Part shown: piece after piece, positions 1-10,720 of the stretch
How the letters are laid out: each line of letters starts with the position of its first letter
Position numbering within the stretch: position 1 is the first letter of the stretch
Assembly (NCBI GenBank): GCA_964594155.1
Contig: CAZQLH010000001.1
Location: forward strand, 74,132 to 138,131
DNA from: an uncultured Candidatus Saccharibacteria bacterium
GTDB taxonomy: Bacteria > Patescibacteriota > Minisyncoccia > Portnoybacterales > UBA2143
Reading direction: 5' to 3'
Length of the DNA: 64,000 nt
Position numbers and translations under genes: made by a program
The notes under the pieces: model-generated
Seen by the model: only the letters and a program-made list of their open reading frames with translations
Databases searched by the model: none
What the model was told of the DNA's origin: nothing

Positions 1-1057
1 AGTTCTTAGCATTAGCAGACATTTTTTGAGATATTTCCAGGTTTTCCAGGATCTTGGAAATTTCATTAAGAAGCATATGCGAGGTTAAATTAGCTTGTTC
101 TAAAACAACGGTTGCGCCAGCTCGGGCATAAGCAAAAGCGTTTTCTCTTTGATGGTCAGAAGCAGCATTAGGTAAAGGGATTAAAATACTTGGTTTGCTG
201 CAAACAGCAATTTCAGAAATACTGCCTGCGCCAGCTCTGGAAATAACGAGGTTAGCTGAAGTATAAGCAGCAGTTATTTGTTGTTCGTCTAAGAAATGAT
301 AAAGATGATATCCGTTTAATTGGCCTGTTTTTTCTTTAATTTGTTCAAAGTTTTTAAAACCGCATTGATGAATAATCTCATATTTTTCTAAAAGCCGGGA
401 AAGAGTTGATAAAATAAGTTCGTTGATTTTCTGCGCTCCCTGACTGCCGCCTAAGATAAAAATAATTGGTTTTTGGCTAGTGACGCCAAAAATATTTTTG
501 GCTTTTTCTTTTTCTCCTAAGTTAGTTAAAGCGCAAGTTTGAATGATTTCTGGACGGATTGGATTGCCTATTAAAGCTGTTTTTTTAGCAGGAAAATATT
601 CTCCAGATGAAGCAAAAGAAATAGCAATTCTTTTGGAAAATTTAGCTGCCAAACGATTAGCTAAACCAGGGACTGTATCTGATTCATGGATTAAAATAGG
701 AATTTGATAAAGCCAGCCCATTAAAACAACTGGCACGCTGCCATAACCTCCTTTGCTGAAAATAGCATCTGGCATCCAAATGTATAAATACCAAAGCGCT
801 TGGAGAAATCCAAATGGCATTTTAAATAAATCAAAAATATTCTTAATAGAAAGATACCGCCTTATTTTCCCAGCTAAAATTATTTTAACTCTAATCCCCT
901 CTTTTTCTAAAACACTTTTAGAAAAATCATCTGGCCCTAAAAAAAACATTTCTAAATTTTCCTCATTTTGAGGATAAATGTTTCTCAATTGTCTAGCAAC
1001 GGCAACTAAAGGAAAAAGATGTCCGCCTGTGCCGCCGCCTGTGAATAATATTCTCAT
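1..1057 (-). CDS. murG: UDP-GlcNAc:lipid I N-acetylglucosaminyltransferase MurG (3' end runs off the window)
   Basis: Manual translation from ATG at 1057 gives MRILFTGGGTGGHLFP, then GGYGS, HESD, GNPIR, GGSQGA and SRAGAG motifs. ATGA overlap with the ftsW stop. Absent from the ORF track. Confidence 0.95.
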   Translation of the reverse strand, partial: MRILFTGGGTGGHLFPLVAVARQLRNIYPQNEENLEMFFLGPDDFSKSVLEKEGIRVKIILAGKIRRYLSIKNIFDLFKMPFGFLQALWYLYIWMPDAIFSKGGYGSVPVVLMGWLYQIPILIHESDTVPGLANRLAAKFSKRIAISFASSGEYFPAKKTALIGNPIRPEIIQTCALTNLGEKEKAKNIFGVTSQKPIIFILGGSQGAQKINELILSTLSRLLEKYEIIHQCGFKNFEQIKEKTGQLNGYHLYHFLDEQQITAAYTSANLVISRAGAGSISEIAVCSKPSILIPLPNAASDHQRENAFAYARAGATVVLEQANLTSHMLLNEISKILENLEISQKMSANAKN

Positions 1058-2160
1058 ATTTTTGTATATTTTGAAATATTAACTAATATTCCTATGCCAA
1101 TCAATGAAACAACTAAAGCTGAGCCGCCATAGCTAATAAAAGGCAAAGGCATGCCAGTTAGAGGTATTAAGCCGGTAATAGCCGCTATATTAATAAACGC
1201 CTGAAGAAACAACCAGCTAGTGATTCCGCCAGCTAATAAATAGCCAAATTTATCAGGAATGTTTTTAGCAATTTTAAGCCCACGACAAGATAAAGCAATG
1301 AAAAGAATTATTAAAATTCCAGCTCCAATTAATCCCAATTCTTCAGCTGTTATAGCAAAAATAGAATCGCCAATTACTTCTGGCAAGTATTTCCATTTTT
1401 GAATACTATGACCAAGCCCTAATCCAAAAAGACCGCCTGAGCCAATAGCTAAAAGAGCCTGATTAATCTGATACCCGATTCCTTGCGGATCTGTTTCTGG
1501 ATGCAAAAAAACAGTTAATCTGCTCATTCGGTAAGAATTTGTTTTTATTAAAACATAAAAGCCAGACATAAGAAGTAATCCTATAAAAGCAAGATGCGAT
1601 ATTCTTATTCCAGCTAAAAAATAAATAGCAATTATAATGAGAATAATAATTCCTAAATCGCTTGTATTGGGCTGAAGAAGAACTAAGAGGCCAATAATGC
1701 CCATAATTATCAAACAAGGAATAATGCTTTTCTTGATAACTTTTTGGGTTTCCCCTTTTTTACTTAGCAAAGCAGATAAGTAAATAATACTGGTTAATTT
1801 AACAATTTCAAATGGCTGAATGGAAAAAGAACCTATAGCAACCCATCGCTTGGCCCCGCCATGGCTATACCCTATTGCTGGAACAAAAACTAAAGATAAA
1901 AGAACTAAGCTGAAAATCATTAAAGGAAAAGCAAATTTCTGCCAAGTTTGGTAATTAACTCTTTGAATAACAAAGAAAAATATTAAACCCAAAGACAATC
2001 CGTAAATCAATTGATGCTTTAAGAAATAGTAATTTTCATTAAAAGTGTCTTGGGAAATAACTACTGAAGCGCTGGAAAGAATAACCAATCCCATAAAGAT
2101 AAGAATAAAAACAATAAAAATAAGGATATAATCAGGTTGATGAGATTTTTTTATTATCAT
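1054..2160 (-). CDS. ftsW: SEDS family peptidoglycan polymerase FtsW
   Basis: Multi-TM protein with GAKRW, QPFE, GSGGLFGLGLG and PLPFISYGGS motifs; lies between mraY and murG. Confidence 0.93.
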   Translation of the reverse strand: MIIKKSHQPDYILIFIVFILIFMGLVILSSASVVISQDTFNENYYFLKHQLIYGLSLGLIFFFVIQRVNYQTWQKFAFPLMIFSLVLLSLVFVPAIGYSHGGAKRWVAIGSFSIQPFEIVKLTSIIYLSALLSKKGETQKVIKKSIIPCLIIMGIIGLLVLLQPNTSDLGIIILIIIAIYFLAGIRISHLAFIGLLLMSGFYVLIKTNSYRMSRLTVFLHPETDPQGIGYQINQALLAIGSGGLFGLGLGHSIQKWKYLPEVIGDSIFAITAEELGLIGAGILIILFIALSCRGLKIAKNIPDKFGYLLAGGITSWLFLQAFINIAAITGLIPLTGMPLPFISYGGSALVVSLIGIGILVNISKYTKI

Positions 2161-3203
2161 AATATTTTTTCAATAAATATTATAATCAAGCCAATTACAG
2201 CCATTACTCCGTTAATCATCCAAAAACGCATGGTAATCTTTGATTCAGGCCATCCTTTTCCTTCAAAATGATGATGAATAGGCGCAGATAAAAAAACTTT
2301 TTTATTTCTAATCTTTCTAGAGGTTATCTGGATAATTACTGAAAGAGATTCCATAACCGGAATAAAGAAAATAAAGGGCAAAATTAGAAAAGCATTGGTT
2401 AGCATAGCAATAATTCCCAAAGTAATTCCCAAAGACATAGCTCCGGTATCTCCCATAAAAAAACGTGCCGGATAAATATTAAACCATAAAAAAGCCACTA
2501 AAGCGCCGATAATCACTCCGCAAAAAGCAGCTAAATCCATTTTTCCTTGAGCAAAGGCAATTACTCCATAAGAAGCAAAAGCAATTAAAAGTATTCCTCC
2601 GACTAATCCGTCTAATCCGTCTGTTTCATTTGTTGAAAAAGCAGTTGCTACTAAGACAAAAACAAAAATAAGAATATACCACCAGCCAATGTTAAAATCA
2701 CCAATAAAAGGAACATGAATCAAATCCCAGTCCAGTTTATAAAAAAACCACCAAGCGCCAAAAACAGCAATAAAAGCATAGATCAAAAGACGGTGTCTAA
2801 TTTTTAATCCGCCTCCATTAGGCCCTATTTTTAAAATCCCAAGAAGATCATCGCCTAATCCAACCAAAGCTGAAGCTATTAGGGCGCCCAAAGGCAAAAG
2901 GGTTTCCTTGCGAGTTAAAAAGTTGAAATTTTCTAAAATACTTCCTTCGCCTATTTGAGCTAAAAACCAAAAAAGCAAAGTTAGGAATAAAACAGTCCCC
3001 CAAATCAAGATACCGCCCATAGTTGGCGTGCCTTCTTTTTTCTTGTGAAATTTAGCAAAAACAGGCACTCCTTTGGTTCTAATTTGCTTGCCTAAACGGT
3101 ACTTATAGAGAAAATGAGTTAAAACTGGCGTCCAGGCCAAAGCAAAAATAAAGGAAATAGCTGCTAAGCCCAAAACGCGGGAAATGTAAAAAATATCAGG
3201 CAT
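2157..3203 (-). CDS. mraY: Phospho-N-acetylmuramoyl-pentapeptide transferase
   Basis: KEGTPTMGG, NETDGLDGL, FMGDTG and APIHHHFE motifs. Confidence 0.97.
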   Translation of the reverse strand: MPDIFYISRVLGLAAISFIFALAWTPVLTHFLYKYRLGKQIRTKGVPVFAKFHKKKEGTPTMGGILIWGTVLFLTLLFWFLAQIGEGSILENFNFLTRKETLLPLGALIASALVGLGDDLLGILKIGPNGGGLKIRHRLLIYAFIAVFGAWWFFYKLDWDLIHVPFIGDFNIGWWYILIFVFVLVATAFSTNETDGLDGLVGGILLIAFASYGVIAFAQGKMDLAAFCGVIIGALVAFLWFNIYPARFFMGDTGAMSLGITLGIIAMLTNAFLILPFIFFIPVMESLSVIIQITSRKIRNKKVFLSAPIHHHFEGKGWPESKITMRFWMINGVMAVIGLIIIFIEKIL

Positions 3204-3204
3204 A

Positions 3205-4128
3205 TTACCAAAGGTATGCTTTTTGAACCCAATTAATTAATCTTTCTGTTTGAAGAAATCTTTCTTGGGCTCCTAAAACAATTGTAATTAAATATTTATT
3301 ATTAGTTTCAATGACCAAGACCAAACATCCTTGAGCTTCTTCAGTATAGCCGGTTTTTCCGCCGACAATATTAGGCAAACGATTCAATAATTCATCAGTA
3401 TTAACCCAATGATGATTAATCTTTCCATCAGCTGAAGATAAATCAATGACTGGCGTTTTCATAATCTGCCAAATAATTGGATGGCTAAAACTATATTCAA
3501 CTAACTGAGCTATATCCTCAACAGTTGAAACATTTCCTGAATCATAGCCGCTTGAATCAATAAAATGAGTATTTTTCAATCTTAGCTTTTCAGCTTTTTG
3601 ATTCATTAGATCAATAAAATTTTTATCTACTTTCTGCTGTGTAATTTCAGCTAAAGATGCTGCTGCATCATTGCTTGATTCCATTAAAAGAGCATAAAGC
3701 AAACTCTTAACTGAAATTTTTTCATCAATCACTAATCCGCCCTTATCCCCATAAGCAGTAATAGCTTCTTTAGAAACAACTGCTATTTCTTCTAAATCTA
3801 TATTCTCAACAACAATTAAAGCGGTCATTAATTTAGTTAAACTAGCGATTGGCAGAACTTGATTAATGTTTTTTTGATAGAGAATTTTATTCTTATCTGG
3901 AATAAAAACTAAAGCTGCTTTTGCTTCAACTTCCGGCTCAGTTATATTCCAATCGCGAATAGGCAAAAAATTAGGATTAGCAAACCACAAGGCTGAAAAC
4001 AAAGAATGTTCCCATTTATTTAATTGAGTTTTTTCTTCTGTAAAAACATCTGAAGAAATCGGTTGCCCAATCAAAAAAGAAAAAGGATTCAAAAAAAGTA
4101 AAATAGTGATTAATGATTTAGCTAACAT
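3205..4128 (-). CDS. D-alanyl-D-alanine carboxypeptidase (peptidase S11)
   Basis: N-terminal signal/anchor; SxxK (ASLTK), SxN (SSN) and KTG motifs. Confidence 0.9.
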   Translation of the reverse strand: MLAKSLITILLFLNPFSFLIGQPISSDVFTEEKTQLNKWEHSLFSALWFANPNFLPIRDWNITEPEVEAKAALVFIPDKNKILYQKNINQVLPIASLTKLMTALIVVENIDLEEIAVVSKEAITAYGDKGGLVIDEKISVKSLLYALLMESSNDAAASLAEITQQKVDKNFIDLMNQKAEKLRLKNTHFIDSSGYDSGNVSTVEDIAQLVEYSFSHPIIWQIMKTPVIDLSSADGKINHHWVNTDELLNRLPNIVGGKTGYTEEAQGCLVLVIETNNKYLITIVLGAQERFLQTERLINWVQKAYLW

Positions 4129-4149
4129 ATAACTTTAAGCAAGTAAGTT

Positions 4150-4162
4150 GAGGTCCGACCTT
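4150..4162. repeat. Short palindrome AGGTC-C-GACCT (REP-like monomer)
   Basis: 11-bp dyad in the aspS-dac intergenic gap. Confidence 0.45.
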
Positions 4163-4171
4163 ATTAATTCG

Positions 4172-5572
4172 TTATTTAACAATCTTTATGCCCAACTCAT
4201 TTAATTGCCCTGAATCAACCTTGCTTGGCGCGCCCATCATTAAATCGCGCCCATCGCCTGTTTTAGGAAAAGCTATTACTTCCCTAATATTTTCTTCATT
4301 TAAAAACATGGCTAATAAACGATCTAATCCCAAGGCAATACCGCCGTGAGGAGGCGCTCCGTATTCAAAAGCTTCTAATAAATGACCGAACTTTTCTTCT
4401 ATTTCTTCTTTAGTTAATCCAACTAATTTAAATATTTTTTCTTGAATGTCTTTTTGATGAATTCTAATGCTTCCTCCAGCTACTTCTACGCCGTTTAATA
4501 CTAAATCATATTGCTGAGAAAGAACCTCTAATGGTTCTGTGTTTAATAAAGGAATATGCTTTTTTTTAGGCGCGGTAAAAATATGATGGCAAGGGTCATG
4601 TCTTTTTTCTTCGTCATTCCATTCAAAAAGAGGAAAATTAACAACCCAAACAAATGCCAACTCATCAGGATCTTTTTTATCTTCTCTTAAATCAGGGCTA
4701 TCAGTGCCATATTTTTCCATTGCCTCTTGATAATCCAATTTTAAAAAGGGTTTAAAAGTAAGTTTTTTAGATAATTTTTCATCAAAAACAACTAATTCTT
4801 GAATGGTTTTAATAATAAGCTTTTCAATTAAATTAATAACTTTTTTCTGATTAACAAAAGACATTTCCACATCTAATTGGGTAAACTCTGGCTGTCTATT
4901 GCCTCTCAAATCTTCATCTCTAAAACACCTGGCAATTTGAAAGTATTTTTCCAAGCCAGCTACCATTAACAATTGCTTTAGTTGCTGAGGAGCTTGCGGC
5001 AAGGCATAGAATTCTCCTTGATGAAAATGAGTTGGCACTAAAAAATCTCTGGCTCCTTCTGGAGTTGATTTAGTTAAAATCGGCGTTTCTACTTCAATAA
5101 ATCCTTTCTTATCCATAAAATCTCTGATTAATTTAATTACTTTGTGCCTAAGAACTAAATTATTTTTCATTTTATGACGCCTTAAATCTAAATAACGATA
5201 TTTTAAACGAACTTCCTCTCCAACTTCCTTATACTCAGCAATTTCAAAAGGAGTTGTTTTAGCTTTATTTAATACTTTTAATTCCTTAACTTCTATTTCT
5301 ACTTGGCCAGTAGAAATTTTATCATTAATCATTCCATTGGGTCTCTTATTAATTTGCCCTATCACTTCAATCACCCATTCATTTCTTAAAGAATTAGCTA
5401 ATTTATAGCAATCTTTGTTATCTGGAGCAAATACTAACTGGATTAATCCTTTTTTATCGCGAAGGTCAATAAAAATAATCTGGCCATGATCTCTGCGCGC
5501 ATGAACCCAGCCAGCTAATCTAACCCTGTCCCCTATTTTTTCAATTGTTTTAACAGATAAAATACGCTTCAT
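4172..5572 (-). CDS. aspS: Aspartate--tRNA ligase, compact form lacking the GAD insertion
   Basis: OB-fold RRDHG..FIDLRD; RLKYRYLDLR; motif 2 FRDED.R..RQPEFTQLD; motif 3 GAPPHGGIALGLDR. Confidence 0.96.
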   Translation of the reverse strand: MKRILSVKTIEKIGDRVRLAGWVHARRDHGQIIFIDLRDKKGLIQLVFAPDNKDCYKLANSLRNEWVIEVIGQINKRPNGMINDKISTGQVEIEVKELKVLNKAKTTPFEIAEYKEVGEEVRLKYRYLDLRRHKMKNNLVLRHKVIKLIRDFMDKKGFIEVETPILTKSTPEGARDFLVPTHFHQGEFYALPQAPQQLKQLLMVAGLEKYFQIARCFRDEDLRGNRQPEFTQLDVEMSFVNQKKVINLIEKLIIKTIQELVVFDEKLSKKLTFKPFLKLDYQEAMEKYGTDSPDLREDKKDPDELAFVWVVNFPLFEWNDEEKRHDPCHHIFTAPKKKHIPLLNTEPLEVLSQQYDLVLNGVEVAGGSIRIHQKDIQEKIFKLVGLTKEEIEEKFGHLLEAFEYGAPPHGGIALGLDRLLAMFLNEENIREVIAFPKTGDGRDLMMGAPSKVDSGQLNELGIKIVK

Positions 5573-5618
5573 ATACTTAATATATTACCACTTTCCAATA
5601 CAACAATCAATTGTGAAT

Positions 5619-5650
5619 AAAAAAAAACAGGCGATTTCTCGCGCTGTTTT
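5619..5650 (-). terminator. Intrinsic terminator downstream of tRNA-Lys
   Basis: Stem AAACAG-GCGA/TCGC-G-CTGTTT with a T-run on the minus strand. Confidence 0.6.
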
Positions 5651-5657
5651 ATATTAG

Positions 5658-5730
5658 TACCCCGTGAGGGAATCGAACCCACGACACATTGGTTAAAAGC
5701 CAACTGCTCTACCGACTGAGCTAACGGGGC
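5658..5730 (-). tRNA. tRNA-Lys(TTT)
   Basis: GCCCCGT acceptor, TAGCTCAGTCGGTAGAGC D-arm, TTGGC-TT-TTA... anticodon arm with TTT anticodon, GGTTCGATTCC T-loop; CCA not encoded. Confidence 0.97.
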
Positions 5731-5782
5731 ATATTAATATTTTACCCGAACTTAAAATAAAAATCAAGTTAAAGCACAAACT

Positions 5783-5844
5783 AAGGAACGTCCTTAAAAT
5801 ATACGTCCTTATGCACAAGGACGTATATTTTAAGGACGTTCCTT
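5783..5844. repeat. 62-bp REPIN-like palindrome, copy 1
   Basis: Perfect 28-bp arms AAGGAACGTCCTTAAAATATACGTCCTT around loop ATGCAC; arms identical to those at 50134-50195. Confidence 0.95.
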
Positions 5845-5856
5845 GAGCTTAATAAT

Positions 5857-6408
5857 CTATTTATCTTTATCTAACTTTCTTTTTCTTCGTATTAAAACCA
5901 TTGTTAAAATCGGCAGAAGAATCCAGACAAACTGAGCTTCAGAACCAGTAAGTATTTTTCTGATTGGAGAAGAAAGAGTATCTATTGCTTCTTGTGGCAA
6001 AAAAGAAAGAATAACCATGGCTAATAAACCAACCTGAACAACGCTTAAGGTAAAAAGCTGCAGCCAAGAAGCATACCCTCTTTTCCTAATTCTTAAAGTT
6101 GAGCTTAATACTGAACGAGGAATTAAAAAATAGAATAATAAGATAAGACATAAGAAAATCAAAGTTCTTAAAGAAGATGAGGGTTCCTGTCCGATTCCCA
6201 GCCACCCATAAGAAGTTATTCTTTGCCAAGGAACAGCTTGAACAATAGCTAAGGAAAAATAACTGCCTAAAAGCAAGATTATCATCCGATTGCGGCCAAG
6301 AAAAAAACCATAAACAAGAACCGTAACTAAGAAAATTAAAATAATAAACAAATCCCAGCCTGAAGCTGATCCTATGTGTAAATTAGTTAAAAAATCACGA
6401 AAAGCCAT
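5857..6408 (-). CDS. Multi-pass membrane protein (CvpA-like), function unknown
   Basis: About five hydrophobic segments; translationally coupled to dnaJ (TAATG). Confidence 0.6.
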   Translation of the reverse strand: MAFRDFLTNLHIGSASGWDLFIILIFLVTVLVYGFFLGRNRMIILLLGSYFSLAIVQAVPWQRITSYGWLGIGQEPSSSLRTLIFLCLILLFYFLIPRSVLSSTLRIRKRGYASWLQLFTLSVVQVGLLAMVILSFLPQEAIDTLSSPIRKILTGSEAQFVWILLPILTMVLIRRKRKLDKDK

Positions 6409-7493
6409 TATGTTTTCCCTAGTTCTTTAATAATTTTCTTTTGTTGACGAGATGGTTTCTTAGGAACATTAACTTGAATTTTAACAATTAAACTTCCTTG
6501 TCCTTGTCCATACAATCTTGACATGCCTTTATTCTTTAATTCTATCATTTCTCCGGGTTGAATACCAGCTGGAATTTTTAATTTAACTTTTCCATCTAAT
6601 ATTGGTATTTCTATTTTATCGCCTAAAACTGCTTGGGCAAAGTTAATATTCAGATTAAAAACCAAATCATCTCCTTGTCGTTGAAATTGCTTATGAGGCT
6701 TAACATGAACATTGATAAATAAATCGCCGGCTGGTCCGCCATAAGGCCCTGCTTCTCCCTGATTAGACATTTTCAATGTCTGTCCATTATTAATGCCAGC
6801 TGGAATAGTAATTTTAATCTTGCTGATTTTTTTTATTCTTCCCTGACCGCGACATTCAGGACAAGTTTTCTCTGGCATCTCTCCGCGTCCATGACATTTA
6901 GAACATTGTCTTTGCTGAATAAACATTCCGAACAAACTACTGCTTCTTATTTGCTCATAACCGCTTCCTTGGCAATTAGAGCACTTTTTTAAAGATTTAC
7001 CGCCTTTTCCATCGCATTTTTCACAAACATTCATTTTTTTTAATTCTATCTCTTTTTTAACTCCATGAAAAGCGTCTTCTAAATCTATTTCTGTATCTAT
7101 AATAATATCTTGGCCATATTGAACAGTTTGTCTGGGTCTGGCCCCAAAGCCGAACATTTGTTCAAAAATCCGTCCAAAACCAAGATCTTCAAAAATATCC
7201 TGACCGCCAAAAGCATCGTAAAAAGAACCAAAATCCTGTTGGGAAAATCCCTGGCCAAAAGGCGCTCCTTCAAATACTTGACCATATTGATCATATTGGT
7301 CTTTCTTGTTTTTATCAGAAAGAACGCTATAGGCCTTACTAATTTCTTTAAATTTTTTTTCGTATTCTTTTTTCTTACTTTCAGGAGCCCGATCAGGATG
7401 GTATTTTAAAGCTAATTTTCGATAAGCTTTTTTGATTTCACTCTCTGAAGCGCTGCGAGGAACCCCTAAAACTTCATAATAATCTTTTGCCAT
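6408..7493 (-). CDS. dnaJ: Chaperone DnaJ
   Basis: J domain with HPD, G/F-rich region, four CxxCxGxG repeats. Confidence 0.98.
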   Translation of the reverse strand: MAKDYYEVLGVPRSASESEIKKAYRKLALKYHPDRAPESKKKEYEKKFKEISKAYSVLSDKNKKDQYDQYGQVFEGAPFGQGFSQQDFGSFYDAFGGQDIFEDLGFGRIFEQMFGFGARPRQTVQYGQDIIIDTEIDLEDAFHGVKKEIELKKMNVCEKCDGKGGKSLKKCSNCQGSGYEQIRSSSLFGMFIQQRQCSKCHGRGEMPEKTCPECRGQGRIKKISKIKITIPAGINNGQTLKMSNQGEAGPYGGPAGDLFINVHVKPHKQFQRQGDDLVFNLNINFAQAVLGDKIEIPILDGKVKLKIPAGIQPGEMIELKNKGMSRLYGQGQGSLIVKIQVNVPKKPSRQQKKIIKELGKT

Positions 7494-7507
7494 ATATTAA
7501 TTAAACC

Positions 7508-8260
7508 CTATAACTCTATTACTTCCTTTAAAACTGATCGTTCTTGTATTTTTACCGCTCCTAAAAAAACTAAAATCTTGAAAATCAGCATACTTAATAA
7601 AATAACTAACCACATAAAAGGAACACTGATTGTTTTTATTGCAAAAAAAATACCCAAAGACAAGCCAATTGGAAAATATTCTTTATAGGGCTGACTGCGT
7701 TTATTAATTTCTTGATTCAAAGTTTGATAAATTGCATCCTCAATGCTTTCTTCGCCTAATAAGGAAGTATACGGCTTAACTGCTATATCAAATAAAGGGC
7801 GAGGGATTTCAATTTGGCCTTGTCCTTTAAGAGATAATGGGGAAAAATAATAAGCTGAAGCGATAATTAAAGATAAAGCTGTCAAAATATACGGCAATCC
7901 CCGTTTAAGAATTCTAAATACTTGAATTTTAACTCTAATATTTTTTTCTTCAATTGCGCGCAAAGAACCAAAATAGAAAAGAAGGAAAGCAGTAAAAAGA
8001 ACAGCTAAATATTCCAATTTAAAACTAAAAGAAAGCAAAAAGGAAACCAAAACAACAATTAGGGTAACTAATAATATTGGCTTTGATTCAGCTAACAGCC
8101 AAGCTAAACTTAAAAAGACCACTAAAATTAAAAAGCCCAAGCTTGGCCAAATCCAACTTCCATTTTCAAATAAGATGTTTTTTAACCCAGACCAACTAAC
8201 AGCGGCCACTAAAGTGGCCAAACCTACAATAACTGATTGAGTAACACGATTAGTAGTCAT
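7508..8260 (-). CDS. Hypothetical multi-pass membrane protein
   Basis: 250-aa ORF with several TM segments; TAGAAT 6 nt before the ATG. Confidence 0.7.
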   Translation of the reverse strand: MTTNRVTQSVIVGLATLVAAVSWSGLKNILFENGSWIWPSLGFLILVVFLSLAWLLAESKPILLVTLIVVLVSFLLSFSFKLEYLAVLFTAFLLFYFGSLRAIEEKNIRVKIQVFRILKRGLPYILTALSLIIASAYYFSPLSLKGQGQIEIPRPLFDIAVKPYTSLLGEESIEDAIYQTLNQEINKRSQPYKEYFPIGLSLGIFFAIKTISVPFMWLVILLSMLIFKILVFLGAVKIQERSVLKEVIEL

Positions 8261-8279
8261 ATTCTTATTCTACTACAAT

Positions 8280-9395
8280 TTAAACGTATTTCAAAGTTAT
8301 TTTTTCCACAACTTCATTCCAGTTATAGTTTTGCTTGCAGTATTTTTGAATTTTTACGCCTCTTTGATAAGAAGAAGAAGAATTATCTAAGATCAATCTA
8401 AGCTTGTTTTTTAAATCCTTAACACTTTTATTTTTAAAAAAGAAAGGTAAATTGCCAAACATATCTTGATGCGATTGAATTTTTGAAAGTATAAGCGAAT
8501 TTCCAAAACTGCCTGCTTCCATTACTGCTAAAGATAAGCCTTCTTGTTCTGAAGGATTAACAAAAACATAAGCATTGCTAAAAAGTTCTTTTAGAATTTT
8601 CCCTTGTTGAGCTCCCAAGAAAAGGATTTTTGGATTATCTTTAGCTATTTTTTTTAACTCCTTTTCATAATCCTGAGTGTAAAAAGCAGGGCCAACAATA
8701 ACCAATTTCTTTTCTGTATCAATTTTTTTATACGCTTTAATCAAATAATGAAGGCCTTTGTGGCGAATTAAACGGCTAACAGCTAAAATATAATTGTTCT
8801 TTTTCAATCCCCATCTTTTAATGGATTTTGCTGGTATATTTTTTTCTCTATTAACTCCATGTGGGATAAATTTAACAGACTGATTGTATTTTATCTTAAT
8901 ATATTTTTCCAATTCAACAGATACTGGAATAATTTCATCAGCTAAATAACAGCCAATCATTTCCCCTGCTTTTAAAGACAGTTGGGCAAATTTCCCCCAT
9001 TTTTGATGAAAATAATCCTGACAATGAAAAGTAAAAATAACTTTAGTTTGAGGACTGAAAAGCTTAGGTATCCAAAGACATAAAGCTGGACCAACTCCAT
9101 GATAATGAATTACATCAGGTTTAAGCTTAAAAACAGCATGCCAACTAGCTAAAAAAACATGGGTAATGGTGTCTAAATGCTTTGTTCTGATGCTAGGCAA
9201 ATGTATAACATTTACTTTTTTGTGTTTTTTAACTGTTTTTGGCGTATAATATGATCGAGCATAAACAAAAACCTGATATAAAGAGCCAGTCAAATCCATT
9301 TTTTTAACTAAACAACAAGACACCTCCTCAACATGACGCTCTATTCCTCCAAAAAGAGCTGGTATTCCTTTTTGGCCAATCATTGCTATTTTCAT
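8280..9395 (-). CDS. Glycosyltransferase family 4
   Basis: MKIAMIG.KGIPA.FGGIE N-terminus; PSEQEGLSLAVMEA (EX7E) motif. Confidence 0.92.
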   Translation of the reverse strand: MKIAMIGQKGIPALFGGIERHVEEVSCCLVKKMDLTGSLYQVFVYARSYYTPKTVKKHKKVNVIHLPSIRTKHLDTITHVFLASWHAVFKLKPDVIHYHGVGPALCLWIPKLFSPQTKVIFTFHCQDYFHQKWGKFAQLSLKAGEMIGCYLADEIIPVSVELEKYIKIKYNQSVKFIPHGVNREKNIPAKSIKRWGLKKNNYILAVSRLIRHKGLHYLIKAYKKIDTEKKLVIVGPAFYTQDYEKELKKIAKDNPKILFLGAQQGKILKELFSNAYVFVNPSEQEGLSLAVMEAGSFGNSLILSKIQSHQDMFGNLPFFFKNKSVKDLKNKLRLILDNSSSSYQRGVKIQKYCKQNYNWNEVVEKITLKYV

Positions 9396-10720
9396 TTTTC
9401 AAAAGAGATTATCCCCTCCCAGTCATTATTAATAATTTCTTCCTTTGTATATTCCTTTTGATTATTATTCAAAATTATTTTAAAAGATAAACTGTCTATG
9501 CCTGATTGTTTTTGGACTAAAATTCTGTAATCTGCTTCTTTAATAATATGGCCAGGTAAAAAATATGTCAATTCAATTATTTTTTCTTGGCCAGTTGGAA
9601 CTACAATCCAATGCCCAAATGCTGTTTTGCCTAAATCTTCAAAGAATTTTGCTTCGCTATTAACATTATTTGCGCTTATTAATTGAGATCCAGCCGGCGC
9701 ATAAACTCTTAAATAGGCCTGGTAATCCCGGCTAAACCAATTTTTTTCTTTACCATTATGTAAATATTTTATTTTAAGATTAACTTCTGGTTTTTCTTTA
9801 TCTAAATTAACAAAATATTCCACCTCTCTTTTAACAAAAGCATTGCTTTTCATAGCGCCAAAGTTGGCTTCATTTACCATTAAATAGTCGTTTGGATATG
9901 GTTGATTAACTTGCCCGCTCCAATTAAATTCTGAGATCATTTTCTGATCTTTAATATCTTTGGTAAAAATAAGAATGTTTTTTCTGTCTAATTCTAATAA
10001 AACCAAATCTTTTAGCTTATTCTGCTCCCAAAAGCTTTTTTGGGTTAATTGATTTAAAATTTCTTTAACCAATGCCTTAAAAATCGTCTTTCTTTCACCG
10101 CGGCTAATTCCTCTTTCAATATATGCTTTTTCTACTTCGTATTCCAATTGATAAAGAGCGTCTTCTGATTTAAATTCTTTATCAAATTTTTCTAAATAAA
10201 CAGGTCCGATAAATTCCAACAAGCTTGGCAAAATTGCAGCGTTAATTCCAATTATTCCGTCAAATTCTTCATGGCCTGATTGAAGATGGTAAAAATACTC
10301 TGCTTGCTGAGCTGATATTGGCCAATCAGGCGACCAATTGCTGTCTCTCATTTGCCAGTTAGCAACGCCTAAATAATCCTTCATTGGCTGAGGCGGCTCT
10401 GTTTGAATTTTTCCAAACCCGTCAAAAATATTAGTATCATGAATTTCAAAAGCAATTGGCTGTCCATTTTTCACTTTTATAATGCCAAAACTGCCAAGGA
10501 ATCCGCCAGTCGGGCGCAATTCTAAATTATTTTGAAAAAGCAAAAGATAGGTCTTTTCTCCGGAAAATCCAGCTAATTTAGAAAATAATTTCAAAAGAGA
10601 AATCTGATCAATTTTATCTTGGCTTGTTAACCATCCCTGATTCCAAAACAAAAATCCGCCTGTAATTATTAAGATTAAAGAAAGTATAATTAGAGTTTTA
10701 ATTGTTTTGGATTCGTTCAT
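9392..10720 (-). CDS. DUF4012-like membrane-anchored extracellular protein
   Basis: N-terminal TM; YLLLFQNNLELRPTGGFLGS and RDSNWSPDWP motifs. Confidence 0.85.
   Translation of the reverse strand: MNESKTIKTLIILSLILIITGGFLFWNQGWLTSQDKIDQISLLKLFSKLAGFSGEKTYLLLFQNNLELRPTGGFLGSFGIIKVKNGQPIAFEIHDTNIFDGFGKIQTEPPQPMKDYLGVANWQMRDSNWSPDWPISAQQAEYFYHLQSGHEEFDGIIGINAAILPSLLEFIGPVYLEKFDKEFKSEDALYQLEYEVEKAYIERGISRGERKTIFKALVKEILNQLTQKSFWEQNKLKDLVLLELDRKNILIFTKDIKDQKMISEFNWSGQVNQPYPNDYLMVNEANFGAMKSNAFVKREVEYFVNLDKEKPEVNLKIKYLHNGKEKNWFSRDYQAYLRVYAPAGSQLISANNVNSEAKFFEDLGKTAFGHWIVVPTGQEKIIELTYFLPGHIIKEADYRILVQKQSGIDSLSFKIILNNNQKEYTKEEIINNDWEGIISFEK

Noticed and set aside
5658-5856. tRNA-anchored integrative element or prophage
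   Set aside because: No integrase, phage genes or duplicated tRNA 3' ends found near any of the six tRNAs.
8570-8580. AAGCATTGCTA match to the cassette motif
   Set aside because: Encodes the conserved FSNAY segment of a GT4 and lacks a convincing outer stem.
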